Source of the DNA: a bacterium
GTDB taxonomy: Bacteria; Margulisbacteria; Marinamargulisbacteria; GCA-2716485; JAYNIM01
Reading direction: 5' to 3'
NCBI GenBank assembly: GCA_038109055.1
Contig: JAYNIM010000003.1
Span: forward strand, 1 to 64,000
Length of the DNA: 64,000 bases
In this document: piece by piece, positions 1-9,959 of the stretch
Position numbering within the stretch: position 1 is the stretch's first letter
Layout of the letters: each line of letters starts with the position of its first letter
Notes under the pieces: model-generated
Database searches by the model: none
Seen by the model: only the letters and a program-made list of their open reading frames with translations
What the model was told of the DNA's origin: nothing
Program-made: the position numbers and the translations under genes

Positions 1-75
1 CGCGGGGTGGAGCAGTGGTAGCTTGTCGGGCTCATAACCCGAAGGTCGCAGGTTCGAGTCCTGCCCCCGCTACCA
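1..75 (+). tRNA. tRNA-Met (CAT), initiator fMet type
   Basis: Cloverleaf with anticodon CAT at 33-35, GGG/CCC anticodon-stem pairs, unpaired C1, GTTCGA T-loop and encoded CCA. Confidence 0.97.
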
Positions 76-136
76 AAGTCTGTTTTAGCTAAAATTAATT
101 AAAAAAAATATTTAATAGAGTCTTCTGTATAGTTTC

Positions 137-1333
137 ATGATGTCAACGTTTAAAGCGGTCATTTTTTCGAACAGACCCTTATATCTACTCTATATTTTAT
201 TGTATTTTTTCCCACAAATTTTAAATATATATCAATGTCCAATTGCTTCAGATATGCGAGCTTATTTTTATCTATCGCAGTATAGTCGTCTGGACGTGGT
301 AGAGTTTGTTGGGTCAGCCTTTAGATTCCGTGTTTTACCTTCATACATTGCAGGCACTTTGGACAGGTTTTTTGATATAAATGTTCACATCACATTTTGT
401 GTCTTGAATATCATCGCCACACTCCTATTTTTCTGGTTTTTAAGACAGGTAATTTCACTATTATTGATAAGGTATTTTGGCCAATACCCACAAAAGAAAC
501 AGCGCTACTACACAAATCTTGCCTTATTTTTATCTCTTTTTTGTTTTACTTTTCAGACTTACTTTAGCTATTACATTCATCCAGAACCTCTCGCACTACT
601 TGCCACAATTATTATTTTCTTCTGTTATCTAAAAAACCATAAAACGTCCTTGGTATTGATATTGATACTTTCCGTCTTTATTAAAGAAAATGCCATTTTA
701 TTTTTTTCATTCATAGGCTTTGATATGCTTTTTAATAAAAAAAGCAAAGATTTATTTGTATTTGCACCAGCAGTGATTTGTTATGCTTTTTTCAAGACAT
801 GTTGGTACCCTCAGGTAGCTACAGAAGTTGTCCCCTTTCATTTACAGCCCTCCATTTTCATACATACATTACGTTCCTACTCTTTATCTGACTATATAGA
901 AATGTTTGCGACTGTATATGGAGTATTTGGGTCCTTATGGCTAATATTTATTCTAGCTTGGCTTAAATCAATACAGTCAAAAAAGCACGTGGGATTTGAC
1001 TTAGCCTGTATTTTATATCTTGGGCTAATCATTCTGACGTCTTTCTCCGTTTCTGCAAAGTTCAGGGCTTTTCCATATTTTTTACCTTTTATCATTTATT
1101 ATTCCGTTCTTTTATTAAAAGATTCCAAACATACACTGATGGTGCTTATACATGTGATATGCTTTAACTTGGTTGTGGTGTTTCCATATTGGTATCTGCG
1201 CATGTTTGATCACGTACAGGAATTTAGAACAATCCTCAGTATTTTGGTCTTTATTTGGTCATTGGGTATAGTCACTGTATTAATCCGTGAAATGCTTCAG
1301 CAGGGCGTATTAAAACGCCTGCGGTCTCATTGA
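137..1333 (+). CDS. Polytopic membrane protein, possibly a GT-C-fold glycosyltransferase
   Basis: About 10 hydrophobic segments; N-terminal loop with SD...Y and PEP...KE motifs seen in GT-C-like proteins. Start may be ATG 140. Confidence 0.5.
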   Translation: MMSTFKAVIFSNRPLYLLYILLYFFPQILNIYQCPIASDMRAYFYLSQYSRLDVVEFVGSAFRFRVLPSYIAGTLDRFFDINVHITFCVLNIIATLLFFWFLRQVISLLLIRYFGQYPQKKQRYYTNLALFLSLFCFTFQTYFSYYIHPEPLALLATIIIFFCYLKNHKTSLVLILILSVFIKENAILFFSFIGFDMLFNKKSKDLFVFAPAVICYAFFKTCWYPQVATEVVPFHLQPSIFIHTLRSYSLSDYIEMFATVYGVFGSLWLIFILAWLKSIQSKKHVGFDLACILYLGLIILTSFSVSAKFRAFPYFLPFIIYYSVLLLKDSKHTLMVLIHVICFNLVVVFPYWYLRMFDHVQEFRTILSILVFIWSLGIVTVLIREMLQQGVLKRLRSH

Positions 1334-1427
1334 TCATTTGGTTCTGTTTTTGACTCATTGATAGACTTTTTTTTCGCTATATTTTATACATAGCATTTAT
1401 CTACCATTCTTGATATAGTTGATGGTA

Positions 1428-2198
1428 ATGATAAAGAATTCTTTCCTCTGCTTAGTTGCTTTTTATCTTTTCTTGACCTTACAGTTGCAAGCTATTACCG
1501 GTTATGAGGTCATGAAGAAGGTTCACGATCAAGATAACCTACTTCGAACAAAGATCATGAAAGTTTCCATGAAGATTATTGACTCTAAAGAACGCGTTAG
1601 AACCCGTTTTTTTCGTTTGTGGAAAAAACATGACCAAGACAAAAACCAAGATATCTCCACAAGTATGATTAAGTTTTTTAAGCCCGATAAAGTCAAAGGT
1701 ACATCGTTGCGAACTGTTTCTAATGAAGGCTCTGGTGTTAGTCATCAATGGGTTTATTTTCCAGCCCTGAAATCTCTTAAACAGCTTAAAACAGAAGACA
1801 AAAATAAATCCTTTATGGGCTCCGATTTTAATTATTCAGATATTGCCGGCCGTCGCTTGTCTCAGGATACCCATACCTTAGTTGTTGAAAAAAAGAGTTA
1901 CTATATTGTTCAAAGTATTCCAAAGGACAATAAAGAACAATATAGCAAGCTTATGTTTAAGATTGATAAAAAAAACTTTGTTGTGCAACAAGTCAACTTT
2001 TATAACCATAAAGGAACTAAATTTAAGAGTTTGAAGAATGAAAAATTTAGTACTGTCCAAGACGTTTTGGTAGCCGTGTTCTCGGTAATGGAAAATCACT
2101 CCTCTGGTGGCAGAACTATTCTAGAGGTTCAGGATATTGAGGCAAACATGGCTATTGGGGAAGATATCTTAGGGTTTCAAGGGTTGAAGTCTTTTTAA
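1428..2198 (+). CDS. Outer-membrane lipoprotein-sorting (LolA-like) periplasmic protein
   Basis: Signal peptide; F..P..VKGT..L, QWVYFPALK and FMGSDFNYSDI motifs; adjacent to an MMPL gene. Confidence 0.85.
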   Translation: MIKNSFLCLVAFYLFLTLQLQAITGYEVMKKVHDQDNLLRTKIMKVSMKIIDSKERVRTRFFRLWKKHDQDKNQDISTSMIKFFKPDKVKGTSLRTVSNEGSGVSHQWVYFPALKSLKQLKTEDKNKSFMGSDFNYSDIAGRRLSQDTHTLVVEKKSYYIVQSIPKDNKEQYSKLMFKIDKKNFVVQQVNFYNHKGTKFKSLKNEKFSTVQDVLVAVFSVMENHSSGGRTILEVQDIEANMAIGEDILGFQGLKSF

Positions 2199-2202
2199 TT
2201 TT

Positions 2203-4461
2203 TTGTTCAAACACTTTTCTCTTCGTCATTACTGTTTTTTACTCTTTATCTTTTCTTGCTTTTTCTTGGGTGCTTATTTCGCCTCTAATATTTCTTTTGA
2301 AAATAAGGATTGGCTAGCGGCCGATGATCCTGTTCAACGCTTGTTGACTCAGGTGAACGATGAATTTTCTCCTGGGGACTCTGTCTTTGTAGGTGTTGCA
2401 CTGCCTGAGGGTCACGATTTTTTTTCCTGGCCATTACTTGAAGAATTACGCACCTTGAGTGCCAAAATAGCCAACCTCCCTTATTTTTTGGACTTAAAAA
2501 GCCCCCTTGAAAGTACAGTTATGCTTAATAAAAATGATAACTTAATTATTGAATCCTTTGATAGGGCCTTACAAAATAAGGATATTGCGTCTTTATCAGA
2601 CTATAAAAACGAGTTACAAAATAGTCATTACTATGGGACCCTAATTTCCAAAGACTTTCGTGCATTTTGTTTGAGTATTGATTTTGATATCAATACTCAA
2701 GATTCTAATAACCCTATAAAACGGCAGGAAATTATGCAGGCACTTCGTGCACTTTTGGCAGAGTCCCACTATTTTTCTGATGCTCATTTTGCGGGGGACA
2801 TCGTGTTAACGCATCAAATTGACTCTGATACGAAACTTAATTTTCGATATCTCCTACCCGTCTCTCTGTTTGTAATGATTGCGTTTTTGTTTTTTTTGTT
2901 TCAGTCTTTTTCCTTGGTTTTAGGTGCTTTTACTATTGTTTTTTTGGTCTTATTGGTCAATATTGTGGCCTTGGTACTTATGGGGCATTCATTGACGGTG
3001 ATTAATGTGATCTTGCCCATTATTATTTTGAGCATTTCTTGTACGGATGTCTTGCATATTTTTAGCTATTGGCAACGCTTGCGTGCAGATGGTGTCTCAG
3101 ACAGAAAGGCTATTTTGCCTAGCTTGAAAGATACCGCATTGCCTTGCTTTTTAACGAGCTTAACAACCGCGGTGGGTTTTGGCGCTTTTTATCTTAGCCA
3201 TATTCTGCCTCTTAAATATTTTGGCTTTGAGGCCTTCATTTGTATTTTTCTTTCTTTTCTTTTTACCTTTGTTTTTTCGTGGATGATCTTGGACTTACTG
3301 TCTGTTAAAAAGCGCCGTCCGCTTGTGTTGCCCCATCGTTTTTGGCTGTATGGCTTACATCAAACAATTTTTTATTTTGTCCAAAAATACACACGTATTA
3401 TTATTGCCGCGGGGGCGGTGATTGTACTGTTTTTTAGCTTATTTTTAGTCAACTTTCGTAGTGAAAGTAACTTTTTAGACGTTTTTTTCTCGCCTAAACG
3501 TCAGATTTATCAGGATTTTTTATTTTTAGATGATCGACTAGGAGGTAGTGGTCAGCTGTATCTATATCTGAAAGGAGAGGCTGATGATACCTTTAAAGAT
3601 CCCCGCTATTTGCAGGAACTTCAACGCTTAAAACATTCTGTATTAACCTTGCCTCGGGTTCGGTATATGCATAGTTATTTAGGGCCTATCTCTACGCTGC
3701 ATCAAACCTTGGCAGTTAATGACCTTGAATTACCTCAAGATGCCTATCAACTCGAGCAAGAATTTTTATTCCTTGAATTTTCGAAAGATGATAGTTCTAA
3801 AGATGTCCTGGCCCCTTATTTGGATTTTACCTACAAAACTAGTTGTATTCAGCTTCAAACATTGAACTTAAATTCTCTACAACTGGAGACACTCCTTCAC
3901 TATCTCGAGAGACAGATAAAAGGTCTTCTTTCCTTGGATGTATCATTTACCGGTTCGTCGTACTTGTTTCATGTGATTAGTTCGTACATTTTGGATACCC
4001 AGTTGCTTAGTATGGCCTTTACCTTGTTTTTTATTGCGGTTATTTTGCTTTGCGTCTTTGGTGTTACGTTGGGTCTTATTGGATTTATATGCACCTTGAT
4101 CCCCATCCTTCTTGTGATGGGTGTCATGTGCTTACTGTCGATTCCTTTTGACTTTGCGACGGTGTTGATTGTGAGTATTGCTTTGGGTGTGTGTGTCGAT
4201 GATGTACTGCATATGCTATATCACTACAAACGCATGCGGCACTTGGGCAATCGACCTGCGGTCCGTCGTTGCTTGTTAAGTATTGGCAAGCCAGTGTTGT
4301 TTACCACCTTTGTTTTAATGTTAGGATTTATGGTATTTGCGTTCTCGAACTTGGTCTTGTTATTTAAATTTGGTATTTTAACGACTGTGGCTATTTTCTT
4401 GGCGTGGTTTAGCGATGTCATTGTATTGCCTGCACTTCTTTTGTTCTTTAAAAAATGTTAA
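2203..4461 (+). CDS. MMPL/RND-family exporter
   Basis: Two repeats of TM + periplasmic loop + 5 TM; D.LH motifs (TDVLHI, VDDVLHM); PCFLTSLTTAVGF. Confidence 0.9.
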   Translation: MFKHFSLRHYCFLLFIFSCFFLGAYFASNISFENKDWLAADDPVQRLLTQVNDEFSPGDSVFVGVALPEGHDFFSWPLLEELRTLSAKIANLPYFLDLKSPLESTVMLNKNDNLIIESFDRALQNKDIASLSDYKNELQNSHYYGTLISKDFRAFCLSIDFDINTQDSNNPIKRQEIMQALRALLAESHYFSDAHFAGDIVLTHQIDSDTKLNFRYLLPVSLFVMIAFLFFLFQSFSLVLGAFTIVFLVLLVNIVALVLMGHSLTVINVILPIIILSISCTDVLHIFSYWQRLRADGVSDRKAILPSLKDTALPCFLTSLTTAVGFGAFYLSHILPLKYFGFEAFICIFLSFLFTFVFSWMILDLLSVKKRRPLVLPHRFWLYGLHQTIFYFVQKYTRIIIAAGAVIVLFFSLFLVNFRSESNFLDVFFSPKRQIYQDFLFLDDRLGGSGQLYLYLKGEADDTFKDPRYLQELQRLKHSVLTLPRVRYMHSYLGPISTLHQTLAVNDLELPQDAYQLEQEFLFLEFSKDDSSKDVLAPYLDFTYKTSCIQLQTLNLNSLQLETLLHYLERQIKGLLSLDVSFTGSSYLFHVISSYILDTQLLSMAFTLFFIAVILLCVFGVTLGLIGFICTLIPILLVMGVMCLLSIPFDFATVLIVSIALGVCVDDVLHMLYHYKRMRHLGNRPAVRRCLLSIGKPVLFTTFVLMLGFMVFAFSNLVLLFKFGILTTVAIFLAWFSDVIVLPALLLFFKKC

Positions 4462-4470
4462 GATTCTTGC

Positions 4471-5919
4471 ATGTTCAAACTAACTAAAATTATCTATCTA
4501 ATTTTTTACTTCATTGTGGTTTTTTCGCATTTATCCTTGTTTGCTCAAGCCGATGTTTTTTCTGATGAATTTGGTGAGGATCAAGAGCTAGATATCGTCT
4601 CATCAACGCCATCCAAACAACAGAAAGATGATGATTTTATGGATCGCTTTATGAAGTATTGGCATACGCGCGGAAAAGGATATGTTAGTAGCTATGCAAG
4701 TCAGGGAAACAACCTTTCTATGTATGTCACTTTATTACGTGCTTCCCTGAGCCACCCTTATAAAGGGTTTATGTTTGCCACTACTCTTGAAACCTTCCAT
4801 TATTCCCAGCGCTTTGACACAACCTTTGAAGGAGGTGATGGCAATAATCCTCTCCTATCTGTTCATAATAAAGAGACCGCCTTTTTGTTTAGAGAATTAT
4901 ATGTACGAAAATCATTTCCTCGCTTGCAACTTAATTTAGGCCGCCAGTTAATTGTATGGGGCCAGATGCCTGTTTTTTCGATGATTGACTATATGTTGCC
5001 CCGTGAATTCTCACGCACCCCTCTTTCTGTCACTAAAATGGATAACCGCACCCCTTTGAATGTGTTTCATTTGAATTATTTTCCGCATGAGTCTGTTGAA
5101 TTTTCTGCTTATATATTTGATAAGATTGAGAGTCCGACTCTTGTTAAAGATGCCATGGCTGTTGACACTTATTCCAATGCTCAAGTACGTACTTTCTATG
5201 AAAATAGTCGTCGACCTTTTGCACTTCGATCTCTTTTTAGACGCAGCTCTTATTCGTTGGGACTGACCTATTTTAAAGGCATGAATTGGAATTTTGAAAC
5301 GATTATGCCAGTTATAATTCAACAAGGTGAAACCACTCGATATCAACTAAATCGAGAAGATAAAACCTTTGGATTTTATGATGTGGAAGGTTATGGCTTA
5401 GAACTGAGTAAAATGATTGGCTCCTCAACCTTGATTCTTGAATTGGCTCTGCAACGGCGTGCCATGGCTGTTAAAGATCCCGAAAAAAGCCCCTCTATTC
5501 TTACTTGGTTATACGAAAACAGTGATAGAACTACGCTTGTTGATGCCACTATTCTTTATTACTCCATCGGGTATCAAGGTAACTACTCTTGGGGAGATGT
5601 AGCCGTGATGGTGCTAGGTTCGAACTTTTATTTTTATGATCATCCTATCCAATCAGACCTTGAAAAACATCATGCCTCTATGGCAGGGACAATGCCGGCT
5701 TTCTTGATTTCCAAAAACCTGTTTGAGGCCTCCAAACTGGGATGTGCCGTTGGATTGATCCCAGAAGGAGGGATTGGTTTTAAACTATTCTTTAATTCTG
5801 AATACAAAGAAACCTGGAAATGGATGATCTCTCCTCAATTTGTGCAGCCTATGGAATCATATTCGTTTGAACGCAAAATTGCAGGTTCTATTTCTGTGGC
5901 TGTTTCTCGTGATTTCTAG
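4471..5919 (+). CDS. Outer-membrane beta-barrel, DUF1302-like, paralog 1
   Basis: Signal peptide, RELY...GRQLIVWG motif, terminal Phe; context next to LolA-like and MMPL genes. Confidence 0.7.
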   Translation: MFKLTKIIYLIFYFIVVFSHLSLFAQADVFSDEFGEDQELDIVSSTPSKQQKDDDFMDRFMKYWHTRGKGYVSSYASQGNNLSMYVTLLRASLSHPYKGFMFATTLETFHYSQRFDTTFEGGDGNNPLLSVHNKETAFLFRELYVRKSFPRLQLNLGRQLIVWGQMPVFSMIDYMLPREFSRTPLSVTKMDNRTPLNVFHLNYFPHESVEFSAYIFDKIESPTLVKDAMAVDTYSNAQVRTFYENSRRPFALRSLFRRSSYSLGLTYFKGMNWNFETIMPVIIQQGETTRYQLNREDKTFGFYDVEGYGLELSKMIGSSTLILELALQRRAMAVKDPEKSPSILTWLYENSDRTTLVDATILYYSIGYQGNYSWGDVAVMVLGSNFYFYDHPIQSDLEKHHASMAGTMPAFLISKNLFEASKLGCAVGLIPEGGIGFKLFFNSEYKETWKWMISPQFVQPMESYSFERKIAGSISVAVSRDF

Positions 5920-5981
5920 CCCCTTTCTTTTGTGACTGTGGTTGCTTGTTTTTTCTACAAAAATACACTAAGCTCACAAAC

Positions 5982-7496
5982 ATGTCTTTCTCTGTAATAT
6001 ACTTACCAATATTTTTACTTTTTGTACTATTTACCACAGCTCCATTACATGCTCAGTCTAGTTCGGTTTTTGACGAGTTTGATGATAATGATTTAAGTGT
6101 AGTTTCGACTCTTTCTTCAACAAAAGAGTCGGGTTCTTTTCAGGACGCTCTTATTGACGCTTGGAATGAACAAGGCAAAGGCTATTTCACTAGCGGTTAC
6201 TCCAAAGGAAACACTATGAGTTCTTTTTCGAATCTGCTTTTGTTTACTTACTCTCACTCTTTTTGGGATACCTTATTGGTCTCCTCTGTTGAAGCATTTT
6301 CTTACACCCAAAAATTCCAAACTCAGATCAATAACTACCTATACTCTAGTGAATCGGGTTGGACCAAAACCATCGAAACTCTTACTGTTACTCATAAAAA
6401 TAACGCTGCTTCCTTTCGAGAATTATACATTAAACGATCGCTTAGTCCTAAATTAGAATTTCGTGCTGGAAAACAATTGGTTATTTGGGGTCAAATGCCC
6501 CTTATGTCTATGGTTGACTATATTCTGCCTCGTGCATTTTCTAAAACGCCTTCTTCTGTCACTAAACTCGATAATCGTGTCTCTTTAGATACGTTTAGCC
6601 TGAGCTATTACCCCGTTTCCTCACTTGAACTTACGGCCTATGTTTTTAATAAAATTGAGCTTCCAACATGGCAAATTGATGCTGTTGAATTATTTTTAGA
6701 TCATCAAAACAACAATATTATTTATGAGGATCAGCGTAAGCCTTTTGCTGTGAGAGGTCTTTGGAGACATCCCTCTGTTTCTGTCGGGATCACTTATTTT
6801 AAAGGCATGCACTGGCAACCTGTATATGGTTATAATTTGGAAGAGAGGCCTAATTTCTTTTATTCATTTAGCACAGATAGTTGGTTTCAGAGTGGTTCCA
6901 GTATCTATCCAGATTATAGTTCAGAATATATGTTATTTGCCGAAAGTGAATCTTTTGGCTTTGAGCTTTCTAAGCGGATTGGTTCTAATACCTTTGTTTT
7001 TGAAATTGTTAAATCTACTCGACTTTGGCCTATTGATGATAGTTCCAGTATCTATCGCGATGACATTTTTAATTGGTTATATGAATACAATAATAAAAGT
7101 AACTTGGTTATAGCTGATTCATATATGTACTCTTTTGGTGTTCATGGAGATTATAGCTGGGGCGACATGGCATTTTTGATATTTTTTGAAACTCACTCCT
7201 TTCCGGCCTATGATATGGAAACCTTATTTCTTGACCACGAAGCAACTTACAGCGACAATCCCCCTGTATTTGGTTTTATTTTATCTAAGGACCTATTTAA
7301 AACTTCTCGCTTAGGCTTTGGAATTGGGTATTTGCCTCAAGGGATTGGCGTACGATTCTTTATTGACTCTGAATATAAAGAAGCGTGGAAATGGACATTT
7401 TCGCCTCAATTTATAACCCCCTTAAATTACTTTCTAAGTGAGGGTCAAACTAACTGGGAACCGAGCCTTTCCTTTTCCTTAGCTCGAAATTTTTAA
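5982..7496 (+). CDS. Outer-membrane beta-barrel, DUF1302-like, paralog 2
   Basis: RELY...GKQLVIWG motif, terminal Phe, clear similarity to both neighbours; ATG 5982 preferred over TTG 5946. Confidence 0.7.
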   Translation: MSFSVIYLPIFLLFVLFTTAPLHAQSSSVFDEFDDNDLSVVSTLSSTKESGSFQDALIDAWNEQGKGYFTSGYSKGNTMSSFSNLLLFTYSHSFWDTLLVSSVEAFSYTQKFQTQINNYLYSSESGWTKTIETLTVTHKNNAASFRELYIKRSLSPKLEFRAGKQLVIWGQMPLMSMVDYILPRAFSKTPSSVTKLDNRVSLDTFSLSYYPVSSLELTAYVFNKIELPTWQIDAVELFLDHQNNNIIYEDQRKPFAVRGLWRHPSVSVGITYFKGMHWQPVYGYNLEERPNFFYSFSTDSWFQSGSSIYPDYSSEYMLFAESESFGFELSKRIGSNTFVFEIVKSTRLWPIDDSSSIYRDDIFNWLYEYNNKSNLVIADSYMYSFGVHGDYSWGDMAFLIFFETHSFPAYDMETLFLDHEATYSDNPPVFGFILSKDLFKTSRLGFGIGYLPQGIGVRFFIDSEYKEAWKWTFSPQFITPLNYFLSEGQTNWEPSLSFSLARNF

Positions 7497-7543
7497 TTAA
7501 ATCCTCCTCGTCTTTTTTATTTATTTTATATAGACTAAACCTA

Positions 7544-9106
7544 ATGAAGATCTTTATTGCTCTTTTATCTCTGTGTTTAGTGCATGGGCCTTTATTTTCA
7601 GCGGTATCTCTGAGCTCCTTTGATTTTCCCTTGCTTGCCCAAACTGAGTCTGTTTTAGATGAATTTGATGACGATGATTTGAGTGTAGTTGCGCCCTCAT
7701 TAGCCTCTGATCTTTCTTCCTCTGCGCCCCCCTCACTCTCGGACCTCTGGGAATCTCGTGGACAAGGCTATTTAGGTACTTACTATAATCATGGCAAATT
7801 TGAAGATACCTATGCAGCCATGATACGCATTACCTATTCCCAGCCCTATAAAGCTAGTACCTTTGTCTCTACGATTGATTTTCTAAGTGTTCAAAAAAAA
7901 ATTTATGGCTATGAAAAAGATAACCCGCTTTTATCTTTTTTATTGATTAAGAAAAATGCCCTGCATTTTCGTGAACTTTATTCTCAAACTACTCTTAGTA
8001 GTCAACTACAATTAAATATCGGGCGCCAACTGATTGTGTGGGGACAAACACCCGGGTACTCTGTGGTTGATTTTATTTTACCCATGGATATGGACATTAA
8101 CCCGCTTCGTGTTGTTAGTAAATTGGATAGACGAATTCCTCTTGAAGCCATCAGTCTTTCTTATTTTCCTTTCTCTCAACTTGAACTTACGGCCACTGTT
8201 TTTAATGATATGCCACAGCCTTCACTTATCCGACAACAACTTAATGCTGATGTCGCTTGGTATAAAATCAATCATCTCTACAATGATAGGTATACAAATG
8301 ATTATATCTATAATCCTGATACTCCGCCTGCTATTATTTATAAAAATCAACAAAAGCCTTTTTCTTTTCGTGTATTGTGGCGTCGCCCTTCGTTTACTTT
8401 TGGGCTTACCTATTTTGAGGGGATGCACTGGAATTATGTTGAATCACATCGCATTATTTATGCGCCTCAATATACTTACTTCGGGCCATATAATCAACGG
8501 TCTTCTACGCCGTCGTCGTATCGCTATGAAGCTGATCTTAACCAAGTTACCTTTGGTTTTTATCGAAAGACGGTGTGGGCGATTGAATTATCCAAACATT
8601 TTTGGGATTATACCTTCATCTTTGAACTCTCTAGAGAATCTTTACCCTATGTGATTCCAACCAACATCTGGTTTTTTCAAGATTATATTGAACAAACTTC
8701 CGCAACAACTAACCTGACGCGGATGTATCGTTACTTTTCCTCGTTGGCGCTTCATGCAGACTATCCTTGGTGTGACTTTGTTTTTATCCTCTTTGGTGTT
8801 TTTGATGATCATCGAGATTTTCCATCTGGGGATATGATTCAAGAATGGAAATCCCAAAGACCCCTAAATAGTTTACTTTTTAGTGCCATGGTCTCTATTA
8901 ATTTGCCAAAATCCACAAAATTGGGTGCAGGTTTAGGCCTGCTTCCTTATGGAGTGGGTGTTCGCTTCTTCTTGAGTTCGGAATTTCGTGAAACCTGGCA
9001 ATGGAGTCTGTCTCCACAATATGTTGCCCCTTTGTTTGAAGACAGTGCTAATTTTGCAAAAAAACATGGGGCTACCCTGTCGTTTTCTTTGTCTCGAAAA
9101 TTTTAA
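7544..9106 (+). CDS. Outer-membrane beta-barrel, DUF1302-like, paralog 3
   Basis: RELY...GRQLIVWG motif, terminal Phe, similarity to paralogs 1 and 2. Confidence 0.7.
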   Translation: MKIFIALLSLCLVHGPLFSAVSLSSFDFPLLAQTESVLDEFDDDDLSVVAPSLASDLSSSAPPSLSDLWESRGQGYLGTYYNHGKFEDTYAAMIRITYSQPYKASTFVSTIDFLSVQKKIYGYEKDNPLLSFLLIKKNALHFRELYSQTTLSSQLQLNIGRQLIVWGQTPGYSVVDFILPMDMDINPLRVVSKLDRRIPLEAISLSYFPFSQLELTATVFNDMPQPSLIRQQLNADVAWYKINHLYNDRYTNDYIYNPDTPPAIIYKNQQKPFSFRVLWRRPSFTFGLTYFEGMHWNYVESHRIIYAPQYTYFGPYNQRSSTPSSYRYEADLNQVTFGFYRKTVWAIELSKHFWDYTFIFELSRESLPYVIPTNIWFFQDYIEQTSATTNLTRMYRYFSSLALHADYPWCDFVFILFGVFDDHRDFPSGDMIQEWKSQRPLNSLLFSAMVSINLPKSTKLGAGLGLLPYGVGVRFFLSSEFRETWQWSLSPQYVAPLFEDSANFAKKHGATLSFSLSRKF

Positions 9107-9109
9107 CCG

Positions 9110-9187
9110 TGGTCGGGGTGATAGGATTTGAACCTACGGCCCCCTGTACCCAAAACAGGTGCGCTGACCAGACTGCGCTACACCCCG
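9110..9187 (-). tRNA. tRNA-Pro (TGG)
   Basis: Reverse complement CGGGGTG...CCTGT-TTTGGGT-ACAGG...GTTCAAATC...CACCCCGACCA. Confidence 0.96.
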
Positions 9188-9199
9188 ACACGTGGTCTT

Positions 9200-9228
9200 A
9201 GTTTAAAGTGAAATATAGACAAATGCAA
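9200..9228 (-). promoter_or_regulatory. sigma70-type promoter of tRNA-Pro
   Basis: TTGCAT-N17-TAAACT on the minus strand, 12 nt before the tRNA. Confidence 0.65.
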
Positions 9229-9483
9229 CTGAGCTTTGTTTCGACATGTTGCAACTGTCTTTTTTTAGTCCTTTTTTAGGCTAACCTACACATTGTTGTT
9301 CGAAGTAAGTTTCCTCTCAGGTATTTAGTCATAGCGCTTTTTTTATTTCATGCCAGTCTCAACTATCGTATTAGCGGGTATGGGTGTTGCTTGGGGTATC
9401 TATTTTTTTGGCTTACTCTTTACGCGTTTATGCCCTTGGGTTAGACTTATGCCATATTATTATCGTTAGCTTAGGAGGCTTTT

Positions 9484-9948
9484 GTGGATTTAAAACGCAT
9501 TAAAAGTTTGGTTAAATTGGTTGAAGAAGCCAGTATCTCGCATTTGAGTGTCGAGCTTGATGGCATGAAAATTGATGTTAAAAAAGAATTTTCAGGAGCA
9601 CCGGTTCTTACTCAACAGGCTGTTATTCCAGCACCTGTTGCTGCAGTGCCTCCTGTTGTAGCAGACACCCCCCCTTCTGCTACTGAAAAACCTGTTGATG
9701 ATACCTCGTTAACGCCGATTAAGGCTGAAATGGTGGGGACCTTTTATGCCTCTGCGAATCCTGATTCTGAACCCTATGTGGGAGTAGGCTCACAGATCTC
9801 ACCTGGGGATGTTTTATATATTGTTGAAGCCATGAAACTGTTTAATGAAGTCGAATCGGAATGGACAGGTGTTATTAAAAAAATATGTGTCAAAAATGGT
9901 GAATCGGTGGAATTTGGCCAAACTATTTTTCTTGTTGAAGAGCAGTAA
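9484..9948 (+). CDS. accB: Biotin carboxyl carrier protein of acetyl-CoA carboxylase
   Basis: EAMKLFNE biotinylation motif, MVGTFY, Pro/Ala linker; GGAGG SD. Confidence 0.96.
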   Translation: MDLKRIKSLVKLVEEASISHLSVELDGMKIDVKKEFSGAPVLTQQAVIPAPVAAVPPVVADTPPSATEKPVDDTSLTPIKAEMVGTFYASANPDSEPYVGVGSQISPGDVLYIVEAMKLFNEVESEWTGVIKKICVKNGESVEFGQTIFLVEEQ

Positions 9949-9959
9949 ACTCTTGCCTT

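Noticed and set aside
8034..8654. 206-aa overlapping ORF and the other short ORFs nested in long genes
   Set aside because: They lie within well-supported genes and show no recognisable motifs
9356..9381. SigB-like promoter GTCTCA-N14-GGGTAT upstream of accB
   Set aside because: The -35 box matches only 4 of 6 and breaks the GTTT core; too weak to call
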